Sequence record: SRR20825019_2074
Reading direction: 5' to 3' (one strand)
DNA length: 37,646 nucleotides
A model generated the notes under the pieces. The model saw only the letters and a list, made by a program, of their open reading frames with translations. It searched no databases and had not been told where the DNA came from. Positions 9,146-16,674 of this stretch are shown one piece after another (the stretch's first letter is position 1; each line of letters opens with the position of its first letter). Both the position numbers and the translations under genes were made by a program.

Positions 9146-9213
9146 AGTTTTGAGTTTAAAGTTATGAGTTATGAGTCTGAAATTCAATAACCCATAACTC
9201 ATCACTCTTAACT
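9146..9213. repeat. Inverted heptamer tandem arrays
   Basis: AGTTTTG-AGTTTAA-AGTTATG-AGTTATG-AGTCTGA (9146-9180) then AATAACC-CATAACT-CATCACT-CTTAACT (9186-9213); CATAACT is the reverse complement of AGTTATG. Confidence 0.85.
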
Positions 9214-9217
9214 ATGA

Positions 9218-10360
9218 TTAATGCAATGTGCCACGAAGCTCTTGCTCACGCTCTATGGCTTCGAACAGTGCTTTAAAGTTACCTTTTCCAAACGACTGTG
9301 CACCCTTTCTTTGGATAATTTCAAAGAACATCGTTGGTCTGGGCTCTACCGGTTTGGTGAAGATTTGCAATAGGTACCCTTCGTCATCGCGGTCCACCAA
9401 GATGCCCAGTTCTTTCAACGGGGCAATATCCTCGTCAATTTCACCGACACGGTCGGAAACGGCATCGTAATAGGTTGCTGGAACCCGTAGGAATTCTACA
9501 CCTCGGCTTCTAAGGTCGCGAACGGTCTGGATGATGTCATCCGTGGCAACAGCAATATGTTGAACGCCTTCATCCTCATAAAAGTCCAAATATTCTTCTA
9601 CTTGGGATTTTTTCTGCCCTTCGGCAGGCTCGTTGATAGGAAATTTAATTCTTCCGTTTCCGTTGCTCATCACTTTGCTCATCAAAGCGGTGTATTCGGT
9701 AGAGATATCCTTGTCATCAAAAGAAAGGATGTTCTTGAACCCCAACACATCCTCGTAGAACTTCACCCAATGGTTCATTTTGTTCCATCCTACGTTGCCT
9801 ACCATGTGATCCACAAATTTTAGACCGGTAGGCTCTGGATTGTAATCGGGTGTTTCCCATTTTTTAAACCCGGGAAGAAATGTTCCGTTGTAATCCTTGC
9901 GTTCCACAAAAATATGGATGGTCTCCCCGTAGGTATGGATTCCTGCGCGCACCACTTTTCCATTCTTATCCTCTTCAACTTTAGGCTCCATATAGGATTT
10001 GGCACCGCGTTGCATGGCATTGTTATAAGCTATGGTGGCATCATCTACCCAAAGGGCCACGACTTTTACACCATCACCATGTTTGTCGATATGTTTGCCT
10101 ATTTCGGTTCCACTTTTCAGGGGAGAGGTAAGTACCAATCGAATTTTATCCTGCACCACTACGTAGCTCTCACGGTCTTGCAGACCAGTTTCCAAACCTG
10201 CCTGAGCGTACGATTGAAAACCGAAAGCCGTTTTGTAGAAATGTGCTGCTTGCTTGGAGTTGCCTACATATAGTTCGATGTAATCTGTCCCGTTTATGGG
10301 CATAAAATCTTCGGTAGTGTTTGCTCCTTGTGGAATAGTGGATGTTTCCATGGTGTCCAT
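9218..10360 (-). CDS. hppD: 4-hydroxyphenylpyruvate dioxygenase
   Basis: DHMVGNV, FPINEP, GVQHIA, GYLLQIFT, FFEIIQRKGAQSFGKGNFKALFEAIE; start could be 10351. Confidence 0.98.
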   Translation of the reverse strand: MDTMETSTIPQGANTTEDFMPINGTDYIELYVGNSKQAAHFYKTAFGFQSYAQAGLETGLQDRESYVVVQDKIRLVLTSPLKSGTEIGKHIDKHGDGVKVVALWVDDATIAYNNAMQRGAKSYMEPKVEEDKNGKVVRAGIHTYGETIHIFVERKDYNGTFLPGFKKWETPDYNPEPTGLKFVDHMVGNVGWNKMNHWVKFYEDVLGFKNILSFDDKDISTEYTALMSKVMSNGNGRIKFPINEPAEGQKKSQVEEYLDFYEDEGVQHIAVATDDIIQTVRDLRSRGVEFLRVPATYYDAVSDRVGEIDEDIAPLKELGILVDRDDEGYLLQIFTKPVEPRPTMFFEIIQRKGAQSFGKGNFKALFEAIEREQELRGTLH

Positions 10361-10383
10361 ATTTTTTTGTTTAGTCCTTATTA

Positions 10384-10406
10384 TTGTTGCATCAACAACA
10401 AAAATA
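10384..10406 (-). promoter_or_regulatory. hppD -7 promoter element with adjacent palindromic operator candidate
   Basis: Minus-strand TATTTTTG (10406-10399) directly followed by TTGTTG-N3-CAACAA (10384-10398). Confidence 0.65.
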
Positions 10407-10487
10407 ATAATTTTGGGATACGAAAACGATTTTACCTACTCAATTTTGAGTTAAAATTTTTGATGCTCTTTGTCAATGGCACTTGTG

Positions 10488-10509
10488 AAAATAGGAATTC
10501 CTATTTTTG
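10488..10509 (+). promoter_or_regulatory. Perfect 20-bp palindrome overlapping the marR -7 element
   Basis: AAAATAGGAATTCCTATTTT (10488-10507) is self-complementary; TATTTTTG at 10502-10509. Confidence 0.55.
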
Positions 10510-10527
10510 TGGCTATTCTTTTAAAAA

Positions 10528-10974
10528 ATGCTCAGTCGTATCGATGAAATACAGGGAATGGGGTTCCATTTGGATTTGGTGCTCCGCAAGATTCAAAAGG
10601 CCTATTTGCGCAAATTTGATGAGCTTGGTGTGGACACGACCATTGAGCAATGGGTGATTCTTTATCAAATCCATCAATTGGGAGATGATGCGAGTCAACG
10701 GGACATTGTGAACGAGAACTTTCGGAACAGGGCCACGACCTCACGTGTCATTGCAGGTCTGGAGCGTAAAGGCTGGATTTCCAAGACTCGTTTTGAAGGT
10801 GATCAAAAGCGATTTAAATTAGAACTTACCCCCAAAGGACAGGAAATCTTGAATATTACTCTGCCCAGTGCCCTAGCTTTACGAAAACTTGCCGTTAAGG
10901 ATGTGGACACATCGGAATTTGAAATCTTTTTAAAGGTTTTGGACAGAATCGGGGAGAATTACGAAGAAAACTAA
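10528..10974 (+). CDS. MarR-family transcriptional regulator
   Basis: TIEQWVIL, SQRDI, RATTSRVIAGLERKGWI, DQKRFKLELTPKG winged-helix pattern; divergent from hppD. Confidence 0.92.
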   Translation: MLSRIDEIQGMGFHLDLVLRKIQKAYLRKFDELGVDTTIEQWVILYQIHQLGDDASQRDIVNENFRNRATTSRVIAGLERKGWISKTRFEGDQKRFKLELTPKGQEILNITLPSALALRKLAVKDVDTSEFEIFLKVLDRIGENYEEN

Positions 10975-11708
10975 ACCCAATGGTCAAAAGCCAGCTTGGC
11001 GATGGTTACCAAGCCAATCAATAGTATTAAGATCAAGCTGATTTTTCTAAACTTTTCCTGTGGGATATACTTTAATATTCTTTTCCCCAAGTAAGTGCCT
11101 ATCAATCCAATAGCGAATAAAAATGGAAGGTACATCAACTCTTGTTTACCAATATATCCATTGCCATAATAAACGAAGGTCCGTGAGAAATCGATCATAA
11201 AATCGATGAACGCCGAAGTAGCGATGAAAGCACTTTTTTCCAAATTAAAGGCGGCCATGGTAAGTCCGCGAATGGCCCCTCCAGTTCCCAAGAGGCCTGC
11301 TGAGAAGCCCGATAGTGCCCCTCCGATTATCGAGTTCTTTTTGTTGGGCAGCACAATGATTTCACTTTTAATCAAGAACAAAAGACTGAAAACCACAAGG
11401 AAAACCCCCAACACAATTTCCAGTGCATAACTGTTAGCTATTTTGGATAGAAAACCACCTATAATGACGAAGAGCACGGATGGAACCCCGATGTAAAGCA
11501 ATAATTTTTTGTCCAGCCCTTTTTTGAACAGGAAAATCTTGCTGATGTTGCTGGACAAATGAAAAATGGCCGTCATTCCAAGTACGGAGTAGAAATCAAA
11601 ATAAAAATTACCGATCGGTACAAAGAATACCGAAGAGCCAAAGCCCCCGATGGTCCCGATAATTTCGGCTACCAGGGCGAGCAGAAGAAAAATGTAGTCT
11701 ACTTTCAT
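10971..11708 (-). CDS. TauE/SafE (sulfite exporter family) membrane protein
   Basis: About 8 TM helices, GTIGGFG and GLLGTGG glycine motifs in the two halves. Confidence 0.88.
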   Translation of the reverse strand: MKVDYIFLLLALVAEIIGTIGGFGSSVFFVPIGNFYFDFYSVLGMTAIFHLSSNISKIFLFKKGLDKKLLLYIGVPSVLFVIIGGFLSKIANSYALEIVLGVFLVVFSLLFLIKSEIIVLPNKKNSIIGGALSGFSAGLLGTGGAIRGLTMAAFNLEKSAFIATSAFIDFMIDFSRTFVYYGNGYIGKQELMYLPFLFAIGLIGTYLGKRILKYIPQEKFRKISLILILLIGLVTIAKLAFDHWV

Positions 11709-11888
11709 TCGTTTGAAAGATAGTGTGGTTTGCTGAATGGTATTTAATTTTGTGTCATTTTAACCAAAAAAAATCTTAAAACCAGGTTTTTGTGTTAATT
11801 GAGCATATAAACTGGATAATCTATTAGACGTCAGGGTAGGAAAACTACCCCAACTTTGTACCTGTATAACTTTAGATATACAATTGCT

Positions 11889-12452
11889 ATGAAAAAGAAT
11901 AATTTTTATCCAACAATATGGTCGACAGCACCTTACACTCCGAGTGTCCTTACCGATTGGTATGGCTCGGAGAACAAAGGAGCAGAGTTGATTTTGTCCA
12001 ATGAGGCCGCAACGGCTTATCATGTTTCAGAAATGACATTGAACATTACCAAGTTTTCAGCAATAGATGAACAAGGTAAAGAACATTTTATAATAGATTT
12101 TCCCGGTCAAAACCCGGTAACGTTCAAGGGTATCGGATCTGGCAACTTTATACGCTCCAAGAGCGTACTTTCCCTGCCCGAAGGTAAATACACTGCATTT
12201 CGCTTTTACATGGCGGGATGGGGCAACCAGTTTATTTACCACGATGGGGTGGAGGAAACCGCCAATTCGTTCGATCGTCTGGATTTTCGAATCGAGAACG
12301 GATTTAGGGTGGCTAAGGGCAATGCACCCGAAGTTAAATTGTGGTTTGACTTTGCTCCCTACCAGTGGAAGCGACACTTTAAACCGCTTACGGATTTGTT
12401 TATTGGGAGTAAAAGTCAAAAACCACGATTGGCCAATAGTTTTGGCAATTGA
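11889..12452 (+). CDS. Hypothetical protein, weak DUF4382-like resemblance
   Basis: ATG at 11889; LPEGKYTAFRF and VKLWFDF resemble DUF4382 motifs; no signal peptide visible; followed by a terminator. Confidence 0.6.
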   Translation: MKKNNFYPTIWSTAPYTPSVLTDWYGSENKGAELILSNEAATAYHVSEMTLNITKFSAIDEQGKEHFIIDFPGQNPVTFKGIGSGNFIRSKSVLSLPEGKYTAFRFYMAGWGNQFIYHDGVEETANSFDRLDFRIENGFRVAKGNAPEVKLWFDFAPYQWKRHFKPLTDLFIGSKSQKPRLANSFGN

Positions 12453-12476
12453 TTGATTAAGCTATGAAAAGGAATG

Positions 12477-12504
12477 AAAAAGGCACCGTTTGGGTGCCTT
12501 TTTT
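12477..12504. terminator. Bidirectional intrinsic terminator
   Basis: AAAAAGGCACC-GTTTG-GGTGCCTTTTTT between convergent genes. Confidence 0.88.
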
Positions 12505-12507
12505 ATT

Positions 12508-13122
12508 TTAAACGGTCTGTTCCGAAATTTCTATCGGCACACCGTGGTAAAAGTTGTTGAGTATCGAGTCCATTTCTTCCCGACCCGCAACAATATTTTC
12601 GATTTTGTCCCAAAGTTCCTCTGGAAGGAGTCCGCGTAAAGGCTGTTGCTGTTTGGTAATGTTCCCAAAGACCTTTTTGATCTTGTTGTCCCAGACCTTA
12701 TAGTATTTTAATAGGTCGTCGGGGTACACGATCTTTCGTCGGGTCCCTTCGTCGGCCGCCCGAAATGGCAAAGGAATGTTCAGGTAACCGTAATCATCGG
12801 TCAATTGTTCCCCTGGTTGAATGTCCCTGATGGCAATTTCAAAATCGTAGGCTGTAGTAAGGCAGTTGGAATTGAAACTATGGTTAACGTACCTTCCGTT
12901 GTCCCAACATAAAATGTAGTTGCCCTTGTTGTTTCGAAAAGTATAGGTGTCCAATATATTTTGATAGATCGGTGCCATCTGTTGTAATTCCAAGGGAGTG
13001 AATTCTCTGTCCAATTGGTCCAATACCCATGTAACGGTTCCCGCGGGAATAAACTTTGTAGCGACCACGCCGTACCCAATTTCGTTGCTGATAAAGCGCA
13101 GTTCTGTATCTGGATGAATCAT
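12508..13122 (-). CDS. SET-domain protein (putative lysine methyltransferase)
   Basis: IGYGVVAT, RYVNHSFNSN, AIRDIQPGEQLTDDY SET signature motifs. Confidence 0.9.
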   Translation of the reverse strand: MIHPDTELRFISNEIGYGVVATKFIPAGTVTWVLDQLDREFTPLELQQMAPIYQNILDTYTFRNNKGNYILCWDNGRYVNHSFNSNCLTTAYDFEIAIRDIQPGEQLTDDYGYLNIPLPFRAADEGTRRKIVYPDDLLKYYKVWDNKIKKVFGNITKQQQPLRGLLPEELWDKIENIVAGREEMDSILNNFYHGVPIEISEQTV

Positions 13123-13243
13123 TTTATATGTAATGAATTTTTGAATGAAGGTATAAAATTGTTCGATCCGTTGATTGAAAATTTACAGGGGTGCGCTACG
13201 TTTCAAATTAAATGCTAACTATATTGATTTTTAGTGAGTTGAT

Positions 13244-13495
13244 TCATTTTTTTTTGAGTACTTCGTACACTGAAAAACTGCGGGCAAACTGATGCATTTC
13301 CTTGCCGTCCGCCTTGATGATGACCACAGGCAGCGTAAATACCATGGACTGTCCAGTAAATTCCGTTTCTTCCTCCACATCCACCACGCGAATGTTGACA
13401 TCGGGAAAATTTTCCTGAACGGCTTCCAATAGTTTTGGTTTCAGTACCTTGCAGACACCACAGGTTTTACTCGTAAAATAGATAAGTTCCATCAT
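13244..13495 (-). CDS. Small thioredoxin-family protein (CGVC)
   Basis: YFTSKTCGVCKVLKP active site, VFTLP cis-Pro loop; ends in an A9 run. Confidence 0.82.
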   Translation of the reverse strand: MMELIYFTSKTCGVCKVLKPKLLEAVQENFPDVNIRVVDVEEETEFTGQSMVFTLPVVIIKADGKEMHQFARSFSVYEVLKKK

Positions 13496-13519
13496 CTATG
13501 TTGCAATGGGGTCTTATTC

Positions 13520-14338
13520 CTAATAATCCGAATATTCGGTGGGGTACAACAACCAGATATCCGCATGGGATACGTTGTTTTCATATTTGGATATGGCAAT
13601 GAGTTCCTTCCACTCAGGAGAATCCACAAAAGCCTCCCAATTTTTATCTCTGGTGGCCATATCGGGATGGGTGGTCATATACATTAAATTGGGCATTTTG
13701 GGTCCTGAAAGTACTTCCCCATAGAACACAGCGTTGAAACCCAATCGGTCAAAAAGTTTGACTTCCCCACCTGCGTTGAACATATCCACTTTGTTGCGAT
13801 AGTATTCTTCCGTGGGCGATTCATAGCTTCGCAGTTCGTAGATCCGTTCCGCGCGTGGACCGTCCAAGTTGGGAGTTTCCATCTGCGGCATATCGGAGAA
13901 AGCCTGCATTAGGATGGATTCTATATGATTATAGGGCGGATTATCGTAATTCGCATCGATGTAGGAACTTCCAGCAGCTAGGTAGGTGCTGTCCTCAAGA
14001 ATTTTATTTTCCAATGCCCGAAAGTCATCCAAACTTTCAAAAGGCAATAAAACATAGGTTTTCTGCACAGTATCGGTTTCCGTGACCCTTGATTTGAATA
14101 CCCCGACCTTGTCGATACCCTGTTTTTTTACGGCGGGCAAAAAGGCGTTTTTTAGATAGGCATCGGTAGCGTTGACCTGCTCTTCGGAACTGAAGTAGTA
14201 GATTTTTAGTTGATAAAACTCCCGTTCATCTTGTACGGTTTCGGGAGTCTCGGCAGTTGCTGTGGTTTCGGGCTTTGGATTGCCACAGCTTGCTATGGCC
14301 AGTACGACCAAAAGCATGGTTAGTTTGATAATTTTCAT
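13520..14338 (-). CDS. NIPSNAP-family lipoprotein
   Basis: Lipobox IASC; two NIPSNAP-like halves (FYQLKIY; RIYELRSYES, MPNLMYM, WEAFVDSPEW, PTEYSDY). Confidence 0.87.
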   Translation of the reverse strand: MKIIKLTMLLVVLAIASCGNPKPETTATAETPETVQDEREFYQLKIYYFSSEEQVNATDAYLKNAFLPAVKKQGIDKVGVFKSRVTETDTVQKTYVLLPFESLDDFRALENKILEDSTYLAAGSSYIDANYDNPPYNHIESILMQAFSDMPQMETPNLDGPRAERIYELRSYESPTEEYYRNKVDMFNAGGEVKLFDRLGFNAVFYGEVLSGPKMPNLMYMTTHPDMATRDKNWEAFVDSPEWKELIAISKYENNVSHADIWLLYPTEYSDY

Positions 14339-14427
14339 CTTAGTCCAGTTTAGTTTGATGTGATATGGTCTTTTGTTTTAAAAAAGACATTTCAAGATAG
14401 GGATTTATTTGATCACAGCGGGATTGA

Positions 14428-15612
14428 TCATCGGCCGAAAGATGGTTTGCTTTTAAAGGCCAGCGCCATCAGACCAAGAAGCGGTCCCAACGCTAAAATC
14501 ATGTACACTGAATTGGAACCTGTCCACGTTCGCATTTCATTCAGCAATTGAATACTGACAATGGTAATGGCAAAACCTACGCAGTTTACGATGGTGAGCG
14601 CTGTTCCTTTTATTTCCGTAGATGCATTTTGTGCCACCAAGGTGGAAAACAATGGTGAATCTGCAATGACCACCACCCCCCAAAAAATGAGAAAGGCCAC
14701 AAAAAGTATTTCGGATTCTTGACTAAATAGGAAAGGGGAAACCAAACAGCAGAAGCACGAAAGCAATAGCGCCATAAATGCCACTTTCTTGGTCCCGATT
14801 GATTGGGCGAGATACCCGCCTAAAACACAGGCCAATCCTCCAACTCCTATGATCAGAAAGGACAGCAGCGGAATGTTGAACATGGTTTGTGGATGCAACA
14901 GGGCGTAGGTCTGCAACATGATCGGAACGAACGCCCAAAACGCGTAGAGTTCCCACATATGCCCAAAATACCCGAAGGCCGCCGAGCGGAAGCTTTTGTT
15001 CCGAAATACGGTTAAAAAAGCGGACAATTGTAATTGTTGACTTTGTTTACGGTAAGGTCCGTTGGGAACAAGCGTGACCATTAAAGTTCCGCCCAATAGG
15101 GATAGGGACGAGGTCGAAACTATAACGGCTTTCCAAGAAAAGGTATCGGTCATTTCTTTTAACAAATGTGGAAATGCAGTACCGACCACGAGCGCGCCAA
15201 CCAAATATCCCAATGATTTACCGAGACCTTTTTCAAAATAGTCTGCGGCAATCTTCATGCCTACGGGATAGATGCCCGCGAGAAAAAATCCTGTAAAAAA
15301 CCGAAAGGAGAGGAGACTACCTAAGCTGTTACCTTCCCAAACCACCCCCAAATTGAAAAGTGCCCCCAAAACAGCACAGGAAAAAAATACCTTGGATGGG
15401 GAAAACCTATCGGCAATGGACAAAACGGCAAAGACCAAGGTACCGACGATAAACCCAAACTGGACTGCAGAGGTCAGGTGGCCCACAGCATTGTCATTTA
15501 GCCCGAAGGTGGCCACCAAATCGCGCATAACCCCATTGCTCGCAAACCAAAGCGAAGTACAGCAAAACTGTGACAACACGATGATGGGGAGGATGTGTTT
15601 GGAGGGGTTCAT
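14428..15612 (-). CDS. MFS transporter
   Basis: About 12 TM helices; IADRFS, RFFTGFFLAGIYP, GYFGHMWELYAFW. Confidence 0.92.
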   Translation of the reverse strand: MNPSKHILPIIVLSQFCCTSLWFASNGVMRDLVATFGLNDNAVGHLTSAVQFGFIVGTLVFAVLSIADRFSPSKVFFSCAVLGALFNLGVVWEGNSLGSLLSFRFFTGFFLAGIYPVGMKIAADYFEKGLGKSLGYLVGALVVGTAFPHLLKEMTDTFSWKAVIVSTSSLSLLGGTLMVTLVPNGPYRKQSQQLQLSAFLTVFRNKSFRSAAFGYFGHMWELYAFWAFVPIMLQTYALLHPQTMFNIPLLSFLIIGVGGLACVLGGYLAQSIGTKKVAFMALLLSCFCCLVSPFLFSQESEILFVAFLIFWGVVVIADSPLFSTLVAQNASTEIKGTALTIVNCVGFAITIVSIQLLNEMRTWTGSNSVYMILALGPLLGLMALAFKSKPSFGR

Positions 15613-15709
15613 TTAGAATTTTTCAAGGATGGGTATAACATACAAGATTGAAGGATGACATTTTGCAGTATTTTTGTTTGGGGAGGTTGGAGATGGTGGT
15701 TGTTTTTTA

Positions 15710-16270
15710 TTATTTATCATTCAATGGATAAATTTTAGCCATCATTTTTTCGAATCCAATTATCACATCTTCTGCTAAGGAGACCCAATATTTGTATAAA
15801 AGCTTTTCTTTATCACTTATATTGAATGAAAGTAATTCCATATTATTAATTTCATCATCAGCTTTTTCTTTAGCAGCTCTTTCTCCACCTGCTTTTTCAT
15901 TTGCAGTTCTCTTGTCCTTGTATTTTTTTTCCAGAAAGTTCTCAGTTCCATCCAAAAATGTTAAACAATCTTCAAATGATTTAGCTGAGGCATTGTGAAC
16001 AAATTGATTACGTATATCAAAAAATGTTTTGATGTATTTCTTATACTCCTTGTCGAGTAATTTAGAGTCTAGCAGCAATATCAATTTTTGATTCATTGAT
16101 AAAGCTTGACTTGTGTTTCCCGTTGATATTGCTGAATCTTCGAGTTTTAAAACTGTTCTCAAAAACATACTAGCCAAGTTTTCAAATCTTACCGAAGATG
16201 ATAAAACCAATACTTTAATCCTAGCTTCATATTCAGAAAATCCAGTGCCTTTTGTTATTATATTTTCCAT
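15710..16270 (-). CDS. AT-rich helical protein with HEPN-like RxxxxH motif
   Basis: DIRNQFVH (R-N-x3-H at 15995-16012) and an upstream FE (possible HEPN glutamate) in a helical context. Confidence 0.6.
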   Translation of the reverse strand: MENIITKGTGFSEYEARIKVLVLSSSVRFENLASMFLRTVLKLEDSAISTGNTSQALSMNQKLILLLDSKLLDKEYKKYIKTFFDIRNQFVHNASAKSFEDCLTFLDGTENFLEKKYKDKRTANEKAGGERAAKEKADDEINNMELLSFNISDKEKLLYKYWVSLAEDVIIGFEKMMAKIYPLNDK

Positions 16271-16343
16271 TTAAACTAAAGTTACTATTAATGATTTTAT
16301 GTATGACGGCCTGCAAATAATAAAATTGGGTTTTGTTAAAAGT

Positions 16344-16640
16344 TTATTTGAATTCCACTTTCTTATATCCCCACCTAATAATCAAGATGAGGAGAAGATT
16401 GATAACAATATGTATCATCGGAAATAATATGATAAACCATAAACTTCTAATGCCATATTCGTCGTGACCGATAAAGGGAGGATTGCCATAAATCAAATAC
16501 AAAGTATATATAATGAACAATAAAGTGTTTAACCCAAAAGATAATTTATTGTTCTTCCATTTTGATAGCATGGGAACATTGATAATCCATAGGATTCCAA
16601 TGACGAGGACAATCAAAACAAAAAGGTATGCCAAAACCAT
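16344..16640 (-). CDS. Small AT-rich 3-TM membrane protein
   Basis: Three hydrophobic segments with a GHDEYG loop; directly downstream of polA on the same strand. Confidence 0.65.
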   Translation of the reverse strand: MVLAYLFVLIVLVIGILWIINVPMLSKWKNNKLSFGLNTLLFIIYTLYLIYGNPPFIGHDEYGIRSLWFIILFPMIHIVINLLLILIIRWGYKKVEFK

Positions 16641-16674
16641 CGTGTGAAAAGTAGTTTAACTTACTTCTTTTATG

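Noticed and set aside
9137-9205. N-terminal extension of HmgA in the ORF track
   Set aside because: It is a translation of the heptamer repeats; the recognisable protein starts at MPIYH (9136).
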